A DNA stretch of 63,583 nt, the filler included, from Octopus bimaculoides (lineage: Eukaryota), in NCBI RefSeq assembly GCF_001194135.2. It is 7 parts of 7 records of this genome, joined end to end, with 100 filler letters (N's around TTAATTAATTAA, not from the genome) between each part and the next. Parts side by side here need not be neighbours in the genome. Positions count along the whole stretch, not along the records: positions 43,064 to 55,859 come from NC_068995.1; positions 55,960 to 58,333 come from NC_069000.1; positions 58,434 to 60,594 come from NC_068981.1; positions 60,695 to 63,583 come from NC_068997.1; 3 more parts are not named here. One strand, written 5' to 3'. Made by a program: the position numbers and the translations under genes. Positions 51,739-63,583 of the stretch are shown piece by piece. The stretch's first letter is position 1. Each line of letters opens with the position of its first letter. The notes beneath the pieces were generated by a model, which worked only from the letters and a program-made list of their open reading frames with translations, did no database searches and had not been told where the DNA came from.

Positions 51739-52639
51739 CTGAAAAGGAAAGAAAGAAATCATCAGCAACCTACCAGATCAGCTGACAGACCTAACCTATA
51801 ATCAAAGGTAATCCAGCTTTGACCATCCCATCTGTAAGTTATTACATATCCTGGATGGGTATTTCTCCTTGGCATTCTAAGATGAAATTCCAGCATAAAA
51901 TGTAGAAAAAAACTCATTAAACTCTAATTAGAAATAAATGATGTCCCTGGAGAAAAGTATTAAGGGACGTAATAGGGAGGTAATGGCAACCGTTAGGTTT
52001 GAACTCAAGACTTTTTTGTTTGTAGTTACGTAATCTTAATCTCACTGTGATTGTGCCTCATAAGTTTGCATTCGTCTTTGCATGGGTCTTCTCCAGAACA
52101 ATATTTGTAACGGTCATTTGGTCATTCGCTTCAAGAAGGTCAGGTTCCTGAGATTAATCTTCATTTCCTCTCAGGTTTCCTTAGGTCTTCCTCTTCTACA
52201 GGTTCCTTCCACCTGGATTGGTCACCATCGTTATCATTATTGCTTTAACATCCACTTTGGACGAGACTTTGATCCACCAGTATTTCATGGACAGATTACC
52301 CTTCCTGTTATCAATCCTTATAAATAAAGTTAGAAGATTTAGCTTTTGTACTTCTAAGATCTGAACTCAAAATTCTGCTGAAGAAGCTTTACTTATTGGT
52401 GTTCTGAGCCCAAATAAGTACCAGTTATATACTGTGACTATTCAAATAAATTTTTTAAACTTTTACACAAGGGGAAAATCTGCTTCGACAAATTCTGTCT
52501 GACCCATACTAGCATGGAAAAGTGGATGTTCATGATGACGATGACTATTTTATAAATCTGAAAACTGAATGTGATCTGTGTTGCCATGGATACATTCAAG
52601 CTCCACCCACTCCAATTTGAACAGAACATCCCAACTTAC

Positions 52640-52769
52640 CTCATATGTTGTTAACAGGACATCTAGGGAGGCATCTGCATCTGTTGCCGTGGAAACCATC
52701 TTCTCCAGAATCTCTTGCCGTGTATTCTTTTCTCCAATCAAACATTTCACTTTCAAATTGGGAGAAAAC
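52640..52769 (-). CDS. CHD1L: CHD1L exon (130 bp): (R)FSPNLKVKCLIGEKNTRQEILEKMVSTATDADASLDVLLTTYE
   Basis: ccag acceptor and GAG|gtaagt donor; SNF2 'DVLLTTYE' motif; phase 0 join to the next exon. Confidence 0.9.
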
Positions 52770-54220
52770 CTGGTTTGTTGAGGCAGTGATGATGATGATG
52801 ATGATGATAAAGTGTTGAGTGGAGAAGACAAGAAGAGAGGATGGAGACAATGTCAGTCAAATGATAATTAATGACAAAATTCTAAGGCCTTAATTAACCC
52901 ACAACATCTTGTATAACATGAATCAACCCAACAGTGCAATTATCCCTCAGTCTTAAAACCATCGAATCAAACCAGTCTCCTGTGAACTCTAATCTAAACG
53001 AAGAAACCATTCTTCTGTCCTTTATTTATATTATTTAATATTTGCTATTAAAATTAAGATGTGTGTTTGTTGTTGAATGGCCAGGATTTATTTTCAGAGA
53101 TTTCTTACCTCTCAAATTCCAATTGCCAATTTTCCAGCACTGATCGTGGACAGATAACAATGTCAGGTTTTTGAATCTTCTCTGTTTTGCGTAGGAACAA
53201 AATACATGCAATCGTCTGTGGAAAAAAACAAACAAAAATATGAAATTAAATTGCAGAACTTGACAACCTCTCTAATGATGGTGCCACAATAAAACATGAT
53301 CAGTACATGTTGTAAAGTGAATGGTAAATGAATGGAGAAGGTGTGAGGTTTATAAACTTCTCTAGCATTGGTGTCATGAAAATGTACCCAGTACATACTG
53401 TGAAGTGAATGGCAGATGGGTGAAGAAAGTAAGGGTTTGAGGTCCCATCAATCTTGTCTTGTGGAGGGATTATAATTCTTCTAGGGCTGGCACAACTCTG
53501 TAAAGTGACTGACAAGAGAAAGGGTGTCCAGCTATAGAAACGAACTTAAAAAGTGACAGATATGAACACCAGTCTATGAGAGCAGTGGCTCCCAATAAGA
53601 ACTCAGATTGTAATGCTTCCTCTAACTCATGCCAGCATGGAAAGCAGACATACAAATGATGGTGATGATGATGATGAACTATCTTGTCTAAAAATCAAAC
53701 ATTCTCTATTGCTAACTATTAATCTAGAAATCCATTTCAAGCAGCTGGAACCAAGTTTTCAGCACAGCCAGGCTTAAGAGGAAGCCAGCAGCTGTGTCAG
53801 GCAATGCCTGATACACTTACAACTTCAGCACTTTAAAACGTTCAACATATTTAACAGATTAAAAAGATATCAAAACATTTTTGGTTTAATATTTTGTTTC
53901 TCTCTCTCTCTCTCTCTCTCTAAACCCAGAAGAAATTTACTGTTATAACTTCCAACCTGCTTTCTCGACTTATTTCCTGTTTCCTATTTAACAGTTTCTC
54001 ATTTATTGAAATTCCTTAATCAGTTTTTCAATTGGTTAACTCTTTCCAGATAAACTATTCTGTAGTTTCTTCAATGAAGAAAAACACTGAACCAATTCTA
54101 TGAGCAACTTGACACTGGCTTGTCTGGTGTCTCTGCAAACCAACACATTATCACCATCATCATCATCCTGTTCCTTATCACAGTCATCTTCAACATTGTT
54201 ATCATGGCTTCACACACTCA

Positions 54221-54350
54221 GTTTTCTTCTAATTCAGAAGTGAAATGTTTGATTAGAGAGAATACATAGCAACAGATTCAGGATAAAATGGTTTCCCTGG
54301 CAACAGACACAGATATCACCTCCTTGACATCCTGATAACAAGATACCAGG
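54221..54350 (+). pseudogene. Inverted, decayed copy of the CHD1L 52640-52769 exon
   Basis: TTT TCT TCT AAT TCA GAA GTG AAA TGT TTG ATT AGA GAG AAT ACA TAG CAA CAG ATT CAG GAT AAA ATG GTT TCC CTG GCA ACA GAC ACA GAT aligns with the exon's sense sequence; contains a stop, indels and a lost donor. Confidence 0.9.
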
Positions 54351-55161
54351 CTGTTATTAAATTTTCTGCAAAAACAAAAGGTGAACATCTCTCTCTATAT
54401 ATTTAATTACACACACACACATACATACATATTGGGGGTGGCCCCGTGGGGGCTTGCTTACCACAGAGTTTCACGTTCTGTCCCACTGTGCAACACCTTG
54501 GGCAAGTATCTTCTGCAACAGCTGTCTACCAAATCCACTCACATGGCTGATCAAAGCCTTGTCAGAGGATTTCATATACAAAAACTGACAGGAGCCCACT
54601 GTATCATCATCATCATCGTTTAACGTCCGTCCTCCATGCTGGCATGGGTGAAACGGTTTGACAGTAGCCGGCCAGGCGGAAGCTTGCACCAGACTTCTGT
54701 GACTGTTTTGGCAGGGTTTTTACAGTTGGATGATGATCATCATCATCGTTTAACGTCCGCCTTCCATACTAGCATGGGTTGGACGATTTGACAGAGGACT
54801 GGTGAAACCAGATGGCTGCAACAGGCTCCAATCTGATCTGGCAGAGTTTCTACAGCTGGATGCTCTTCCTAACGCCAACCACTCAGAGAGTGTAGTGGGT
54901 GCTTTTACGTGCCACCGGCACGAGGGCCAGTCCGGTGGTACTGGCAACGTCCACGCTCAAATGGTGTTTTTTACATGCCACCTTCACAGGAGCCAGTCCA
55001 GTGGCACTGGCAACGACCTCGCTCGAATGTTTTTTCACATGCCAGTCAGGCGACACTGGTAACAATCACGCTCAAATGGTGCTTTTTACATGCCACATCT
55101 ACACCACCACTGCTACCATGTGGTTGCTCAACCTGCTAAAAATAGCAGCCAACTGCCTTAA

Positions 55162-55376
55162 CCCTTTCGTTATTGTATTTATTTTGCGATGCTCTTTGTT
55201 TCTTCAAATTAATTTTAAACATAACAAACAGTTTAGTAAAATAACTTAGTTATCATTTAGCTAGCGTTAAGAACATAAATTGTGACTAAGGTTTGGTGGA
55301 AGATTTTAATTCAAAACTTATGAAAACAAGACATTTGTACTCTGAGCCAGTTTCGGCTGGGTTGGTAACAAAAGGG
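55162..55376. mobile_element. piggyBac-type MITE; related partial copy ~45770-45957
   Basis: TTAA on both sides (55158-55161, 55377-55380) with ccctt...aaggg ends. Confidence 0.75.
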
Positions 55377-55559
55377 TTAAACAAATCAGGTGACATATGA
55401 CAATGTAGTACTTGATAGACCATGACTGCAAATAAAACTGGATGGTCATAGTCGGAACACCTTTGATTATGGGTCAATCAGGAAAGACATGGAACTAAAC
55501 AACAACAGACTGTCAAGAAAGGTAATTAACAGATTGAAGTATTTAGATAATTAAATCTG

Positions 55560-55859
55560 ACATCACAAAAGAAACAGGCTTGGAAGGACTGGAAGAACGG
55601 TGGTAGCAGGGAATTGTACCAATGTGCCAGAAGGGAGGCTAGGCGACAGGTTTATTTAGCCAGAGGGGAAGCAGATAAGGAAAGATTTGCCAATGTTCTG
55701 CGCCGTGAGGACCAAAGACTCGAGGTATTTCGTGTTGCAAGACAGTGTAGGAGAGAGAATAGTGATGTTGTAGGAGAGAAATGTGTTCGCATGGATGATG
55801 GTACGCTTGCATTAAATGAGGATGCAAAGAAAGAGGTCTGGAGATGCCACTACGATAGA
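55560..55859 (+). mobile_element. RTE-clade LINE fragment (endonuclease-RT linker)
   Basis: AWKDWKNGGSRELYQCARREARRQVY...VVGEKCVRMDDGTLALNEDAKKEVWRCHY. Confidence 0.75.
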
Positions 55860-55959
55860 NNNNNNNNNNNNNNNNNNNNNNNNNNNNNNNNNNNNNNNNN
55901 NNNTTAATTAATTAANNNNNNNNNNNNNNNNNNNNNNNNNNNNNNNNNNNNNNNNNNNN

Positions 55960-56042
<83 letters not shown>

Positions 56043-57805
56043 ATACGTGTGTGTAGACAAGACACATCTACATTGTTGCTCACTCGGGTCACACACTGCC
56101 TTCATTCAGCTCAACACGTCTGCACAATAGCTTCCCTTTTCAGTATGCTCACTCACCTCATCACCACCTCCGTAAATACTATCTTTAACACGAAGTCAGA
56201 CAATCAAGTTTTATATATATTAAGCACGTCTAAATCAACACGTTTTTCATTTTTTCTAATAGCTGGGAATCCTATAACTGGAACTAGCTTCAATGATTTC
56301 ACTGTCAGTAAGCGATTTCACTGACAATAAACGCTCCTGCCTCTGGTTAACCTCCGATTTTTTTCATTTGTGTGAAGGCATCCTGGTGCTCGTTAAAAGA
56401 ATGTTTCACAGTTAGAATTTTGAGATTAATGTATATCTGCAAACAGTTATGTGAGTGAATGTACATACGATTGCCTTTACAGAGGAAACAAAGACGGAAA
56501 TTTGAGAAGTTTTCTTCACTAACAAGTTACTGCGGTTGTCAAGCGATGTTGAGAGGACAAGCACACACACACAGACACATACACACATACATATATATAT
56601 ACATATATACGACGGGCTTCTTTCAGTTTCCGTCTACCAAATCCACTCACAAGGCTTTGGTTGGCCCGAGACTATAGTAGAAGACACTTGCCCAAGATGC
56701 CACGCAGTGGGACTGAACCCGGGCCCATGTGGTTGGTAAGCAAGCTACNNNNNNNNNNNNNNNNNNNNNNNNNNNNNNNNNNNNNNNNNNNNNNNNNNNN
56801 NNNNNNNNNNNNNNNNNNNNNNNNNNNNNNNNNNNNNNNNNNNNNNNNNNNNNNNNNNNNNNNNNNNNNNNNNNNNNNNNNNNNNNNNNNNNNNNNNNNN
56901 NNNNNNNNNNNNNNNNNNNNNNNNNNNNNNNNNNNNNNNNNNNNNNNNNNNNNNNNNNNNNNNNNNNNNNNNNNNNNNNNNNNNNNNNNNNNNNNNNNNN
57001 NNNNNNNNNNNNNNNNNNNNNNNNNNNNNNNNNNNNNNNNNNNNNNNNNNNNNNNNNNNNNNNNNNNNNNNNNNNNNNNNNNNNNNNNNNNNNNNNNNNN
57101 NNNNNNNNNNNNNNNNNNNNNNNNNNNNNNNNNNNNNNNNNNNNNNNNNNNNNNNNNNNNNNNNNNNNNNNNNNNNNNNNNNNNNNNNNNNNNNNNNNNN
57201 NNNNNNNNNNNNNNNNNNNNNNNNNNNNNNNNNNNNNNNNNNNNNNNNNNNNNNNNNNNNNNNNNNNNNNNNNNNNNNNNNNNNNNNNNNNNNNNNNNNN
57301 NNNNNNNNNNNNNNNNNNNNNNNNNNNNNNNCTGGAAACATGGGTATTTCGTTCAACATCCTTAAACAACCCTTAATCAGGAACATTTTGAGTGGGGAGG
57401 GTTACGCGACCTGCAGAAAGTGTTAACTGAGCTCCATCTACATAGGTCATTCGCTGCTTATTTTGATATGAGATCACCGTGTTACGCACATATGACTGTG
57501 ATGCATGTGCATGGTGCATCCTTATCAGACTGGAAGTCATGATGGGTATACTGTACTTCGTATATTTGTACCTCAGTTGGCAAGCACTGCACTCTCAATA
57601 ATAATAATAATAATAATAACAATTCCTTTTACAGTACGCATGACACTTGAAATTTTGGAGGAAGAAGCTAATCGATTAAATCGACCCTACAAAGATGACA
57701 CACAAAGTTGTCCTCGGTGGAATTTTGAGTTCACTATGTAAAGAGAAACGAAACGCAGATGTGCATTCGCTCAAGCGTGCTAGCGACTCAGCCAGCTCAC
57801 CGTCT

Positions 57806-57960
<155 letters not shown>

Positions 57961-57964
57961 AGAA

Positions 57965-58333
57965 GGGAGATATCAATATTAACTGAGCTACTCTCTGGAA
58001 ATGATATAAAATCAAGAAAAAGCAGGAAGATCGTGAGGAAATATGGACCCTCAACAAGAGAAGAACTAATGTCAGCGAATGAAACGCTGAAACAGAAAGT
58101 TCAAGCGAAGGCTCAGAGAAAACGCAGTTTTGAGAAAAGAATCAGATTCTACAGGCAAAATAAGATGTTCAAATCCAACGCCAAATCATTTTACAGGGAA
58201 ATAGGGAAAGAAAAAATAACCATTGAAAACCCACCCCCAATGGAAGAAGTTGAAAACTTCTGGAAAGGGATCTGGAGTGATGAGAAACCATACAATGAAA
58301 ATGCAGACTGGATCAAACGCACCCAAGATGCCT
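57965..58333 (+). mobile_element. R4/Dong-clade LINE fragment (pre-RT region)
   Basis: FYRQNKMFKSNAKSFYREIG...PPPMEEVENFWKGIWSDEKPYNENADWI; starts directly after a long (AAT)n array and ends at a gap. Confidence 0.8.
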
Positions 58334-58433
58334 NNNNNNNNNNNNNNNNNNNNNNNNNNNNNNNNNNNNNNNNNNNNTTAATTAATTAANNNNNNNNNNN
58401 NNNNNNNNNNNNNNNNNNNNNNNNNNNNNNNNN

Positions 58434-58513
<80 letters not shown>

Positions 58514-58726
58514 AATATATTTTTATGTATATATATATACATGCATATATATATGTATATATATGTATATATATTCATACATATGTATATATATATATAT
58601 ATGCATATGTATGTATATATTATATATGCATATGTATTTGTATATATATGTATATAAAAATATATGGAAATATATCTGAGCCTTGTTATATAGGATGGTG
58701 ACGTACACGTACTATATTATACCATA

Positions 58727-59380
58727 CTGCGAACGGACAGAACGGAAAGGAGCTATGGTGGACTTGCTCTATACATCCGTGAAGACTTCTCACCACAGGT
58801 CTTACTGTCATACTCAAATTCAGTATGTGACTCTCTAATTGTATACATAAGAGAACAAAATATAGTCATAAGTAATGCATCTCGCTTACCAGATGCTCCA
58901 AACCATACAGGCAAGTTTGAAATTTGCCTTACGCGAATTAAAGAGACTCTCATGAAACTGGAACACTACGTGAGCATATTACTTATATGTGATTTCAACT
59001 TCCACAATGTCAAGTGGCTCTCATGAATGACTCATTGCAAACAAGCACAGGTGCAGGCCCTGCTCAACTCTACCAATGCTCTATTCATGGAGCAGGTTGT
59101 GCTCAGACCAACTAGGGCGAATAACATTTTGGATCTCTGCTTCACAAGCAATACGGATATCGTTCATGATGTAAAAGTGACGCCGATATTAGTTTCTTAT
59201 CACAACATAATAGAGATGTCTATGATTGGACCAAAAGTAGCCAGAGACATACAGCCTAAAGGAAGCACCCAAAATCTCTCCAATCTGAACTTCCAGAAAG
59301 CAGACAAGAAATCGATCCAGAAAGAGATCCTCAGACAGGACTGTCCGAAATGTCTCTGCAACCTACTCCTCTGTCTTTAA
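58727..59380 (+). mobile_element. CR1-type LINE AP-endonuclease fragment
   Basis: GGLALYIRE...CDFNFHNVKW...QVVLRPTRANNILDLCFTS...VSYHNII; one in-frame stop. Confidence 0.85.
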
Positions 59381-59408
59381 GTGGTAAAATCTTACTAACA
59401 AGTCACTG

Positions 59409-59580
59409 GGTGAATGCTACTTCCAAAATGTTGCAGTCTATCAAGTTACCCTCACAACATCCGATGGCACAAAGATACAATAGCCCGGTATAACAGACAG
59501 CGACTCTAAGGAGAGATATACGCTGTATATGCGCTCCTTCAAGTGCAGGTACAGGAAAAACTGTACCTACCCATCTTTTC
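59409..59580 (+). mobile_element. Penelope-like GIY-YIG endonuclease remnant
   Basis: GECYFQNVAVYQVTLTTSDGTKIQ*PGITDSDSKERYTLYMRSF resembles the PLE pattern C...VIY..TT....YIG.TE..FK.RY..H..SF. Confidence 0.6.
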
Positions 59581-60323
59581 TTTATCAGAAAACTGCGACT
59601 ATCGAAATTAGTTTTCCAGAATTTATCATGTCATGAACATGCATTCTCCTTACTCACCTGGAACTCACTATTTTCAAGCCTGTCTTCGCGAGGCTTCACA
59701 TACTTCACAAACCTAAATTCCATCAACAGGAACAATAAACTATCTATTTATTGCGATCACAGTTACACCCTGTTAATCTTCATACCTCCTGCACACAAGG
59801 GGAAGTTACTTAATCACTGCTGTCCGTAGAACCTACAGTTCTCTCATCTTGGTCCCGCACCCTCAGCTTAAATTTTAGTTCCCCCTACTTAATGCTGCTG
59901 CTAATATGTCTGCATGTTCGAACTCCACTAAAACATGACCGACTTACTGATTCGTGCTAAGTATTCACCCTGCAAGTGCGATATACAAGGAGTTGATGTC
60001 GCTGATATATAAAAAATGCCGCAACTTGCCGCTAAGATGGCGCCAGTATCATGTCGATATCATATCCGAACATATAGAGCTAAAAATAAAGATAACTCGT
60101 CTCAGTTTTGGCAGAATTAATATCACATGACCTGATCTAAACAACTGGGGGCATAATACTTAGAAGCCATGCTGACTTGCTTTCAACCCTTCCACTCTGG
60201 ACATAAGATAGCGGGAGACGTGTCGGACGAACTCAAGAAACTGTAAGACATGTGAACTTGAGACGAATCGTTATTACATATTTACGTATGTATGCATATA
60301 CATAGACAGACAGACAGTCAGAC

Positions 60324-60386
<63 letters not shown>

Positions 60387-60399
60387 CAGATAGACAGAC

Positions 60400-60464
<65 letters not shown>

Positions 60465-60465
60465 C

Positions 60466-60594
60466 ATTTCTTTTATTAGCCACACAGGGCTCAACGAAGA
60501 TGGAACAAATACAATGTAGAGCTTTTCTTTTTGGGAGGAGGAAGGAAAAAAAAAAGAAAAAAAAAGAAAAAAAATGAAAAAAAAAGGGGGTGTG
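60466..60594 (-). mobile_element. 3'UTR/terminus of a related LINE
   Basis: Ends gagccctgtgtggctaataaaagaaat followed by (TATC)n; same terminal motif as the 16262 copy. Confidence 0.5.
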
Positions 60595-60723
60595 NNNNNN
60601 NNNNNNNNNNNNNNNNNNNNNNNNNNNNNNNNNNNNNNTTAATTAATTAANNNNNNNNNNNNNNNNNNNNNNNNNNNNNNNNNNNNNNNNNNNNTGATAA
60701 TAATAATCATAATCATAATGATG

Positions 60724-60787
<64 letters not shown>

Positions 60788-61301
60788 TTTGCCATATGGA
60801 TTGAAGACGTTGGGGACAGTAGAAAGACGAGCTGTATAGGAGTATAATACAGAAGAAAGTGAAACAGTCGGGAATCAAAGTCAAGTAGAAGAGTGAGATC
60901 AGCAATAACAGTTAAGATATATTGATAAGTAGTTAATAATGAAAATAACAGTACGGAACAAAATAAAGACAAGAAAGGGTTCTCAAAATGGGTGAGAAAC
61001 CACATAGGGTGATTTGGGCTATGCGTTTCTCATGCAAATCGGTGTATCCGATCTAGTAAATCATTCAATATTGTTATTATCTGTACAGTATTATTATGGA
61101 CAATTACAGGTGAGTCAGATACTGTTGAAGTTTTAACAAAGATTAAGGAGCGGTCTACTTTGACCCCACTTTTCCTCTCCATGTTAAGATTGTATACAAG
61201 ATAGGTATTTACCACAATCCATTGCATTTATTTAACTTTAATTTAGCCGAGTGAAGTCAATCGATTTATTCAGTATTACAAGATAGCAATACACGCGCGC
61301 G

Positions 61302-61343
<42 letters not shown>

Positions 61344-61344
61344 T

Positions 61345-61375
<31 letters not shown>

Positions 61376-61433
61376 CACACACAAACACACACGNNNNNNN
61401 NNNNNNNNNNNNNNNNNNNNNNNNNNNNNNNNN

Positions 61434-61493
<60 letters not shown>

Positions 61494-62490
61494 TTAAAAG
61501 CATATAAGATATACAGGAACATTTGAAACATTATGAAAATGATTAATGTAAATATGTAAACACCACAACGAAAAGAAATATAAGCGATCGATGTCAGTAA
61601 ATGCTCTTCACTGAACTCCGGTCCATATTGAATAAACTAAAGACGTTGGGACGAGGAAGTTTGTTTCTCCCAAACGACAGTAAATGAGGAAAAAGGAACG
61701 ATAAGAAGAGAAAAAATAGAATACTTGGTACAGTAGATAAATTATTGATTTTAAATTTTGGCACAAGGTTAGCAATTCCAGGAGAGGGGATAAATCGATT
61801 ACATCGATCTCAGTGTTCAAGTGGCACCTAATTTATCGACCTCAAAAGAATGAAAGGCGAAGTCAACCTCGGCGGAGTTTGGACTCAGAACGTGAAGACG
61901 GGCGAAATGCCACTAAACAGTTTGCTTGGCGTACAAACGGTTCTGCCACCTCGCCGCCCTCAGTAGATAAATTATCAATAGATGAACATATGGATGAAGT
62001 CAGAAACCAGCATAGAGACTCAGCTCAGTTTTTCTTTAGACTAATAATGCGGTGCATCACGAGTTTTTTTTTTTGTTGCTTAGTCAGAGGAAAAAACGCA
62101 ATGCGTCAGAGTCAATTGACACAACCTCTGAGATTGAGGGAGGTCATTGTGGTGGTGGTGGTGGTGAAATAAAGATCCCTCACAACTCTGAACGGTCTAA
62201 ATGCTTGTACCAGAATGGACTTTGCTAAGGGCACCCAGAGGTCAGTTGATTATGTTAAATAGGGAAATGGGTGTTGTGTACAACATACGAACGGTAACTG
62301 CCTCTCCGGTGAGTTTTTACATATTTTAGTTTCCGTTCGACAAATTTCGGTCACTAGGCTTGGGTTAAACCGAGACTGTTGTAGAAATCACTTACTTGCC
62401 CGTTGTGGTAGTCAGGAGGTTCGAACATGCGACTGTGAAGCCAAGTCCTTAACTACACGTCCATGCCTGGATCATATGTACACATTCGTG

Positions 62491-62596
<106 letters not shown>

Positions 62597-63583
62597 GAAG
62601 TTAATGTGTGCGTATATGTATATGTGTGCGTCCATGTTTGTGCGTGTTTATGTATGTATTTATGTGTGGCTAGATAAGAAAGAGGAGGGGAGGGAGAAGA
62701 CAGACAGAGAGCAGGACAAACGGTGTGGTGAAGAAAGAGAGAGAGAGAGAGGAGGTGAGAGAGGGGATGTATAGGGAGAGAAGGAGGAAGAGAAAGAAGG
62801 ATAGAGAGAGAGGAGGTAAGAGAGAGAAGGCTACACAGAAGAGGAGATTGAAAGAAGGATATAGAGTTTAGAGAAGCAAAGACTGAGAGGATAGGAGATA
62901 GACAGACAGACAAACAGACAGATAGATAGATAGATAGATAGATAGAGAGAGATAGAGATAGAGAGAGAGAAAGTGAGAGGCTGAGAATGAGATATTCTCG
63001 TTAATTAGTGGATGAGATTGAAAGTATTCACAAATGGAGGTGGGGGCGGGGAAGCAAACGAATCGCTGGATCTCAATGATGCGAGGGATTTATTCAAGAG
63101 TACAAAGTACTATCAGATCGGATTCTGTTTGAACGACGCACCAATTACAATGTTACTACTTAAGGAAACAAGTAGAGAGAAGTTGAGATCCCCCTTGAGA
63201 TGGAAGTGTCAAAAGGAGCCTTGGCATGTACCTTGATGTTATGGAAAACTGGCAGCTCAATCATTCTAAGATGAAATTGGTTAATGACGTTACAATGGAA
63301 AACTAGCCGTGACAAAGAGTCATACTATGGATGCAAAATTATGGGGTGAATGGAGAAATTTCCTGTGCAAAGACAAAACAGTGAAAATCAGCAAGGATTC
63401 GAGGTTTTCTTCTTTTCTTTTCTCCGGTTCGATCATGGGTCAAAAAAAAAAAAAAAAAGAGAGCGTCTTTAATGATATTGGTGTCAAATTTTGGCACACA
63501 GCAAAGCAATTTCGGAGAAGAGGGCAAGTCTATTACATCGACCACAAGTATATATATCTGTGTGTGTGTGTGTGTGTGTGTGT

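Noticed and set aside
63012-63236. 74-aa plus-strand ORF
   Set aside because: No recognisable domain, splice context or codon bias.

Overview
AT-rich, microsatellite- and retroposon-dense eukaryotic DNA with many N gaps. The SINE families and gap style point to an octopus, probably a short-read O. bimaculoides-type assembly (inference). Three protein-coding genes are recognisable, all on the minus strand and all incomplete in the visible sequence. (1) TMEM86A-like lysoplasmalogenase: one large coding exon at 7874-8734; the first exon was not found. (2) CRF-binding protein (CRHBP)-like: one clear 158-bp exon at 21052-21209 that the ORF track misses, plus a weak candidate upstream exon at 35563-35611. 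(3) CHD1L/ALC1 SNF2 helicase: six consecutive in-frame exons between 52769 and 45066; the 5' exons and the 3' half (rest of helicase lobe 2, macrodomain) are not visible. The remainder is SINEs, LINE fragments (R4/Dong, RTE, CR1-type, Tx1/L1-like, Penelope), DNA-transposon remnants (hAT, Tc1, mariner, Tigger, piggyBac MITEs) and simple repeats. The most notable observations are an inverted decayed copy of a CHD1L exon in the neighbouring intron, a 112-nt intronic hairpin, a 2.2-kb ORF1-only retroelement inserted into a SINE with a 14-bp TSD, a 3'-terminal motif shared by LINE, SINE and ORF1-only elements, and a degenerate minimal-hammerhead motif in a short repeat. No database searches or folding programs were run; family assignments come from recognising motifs by eye.
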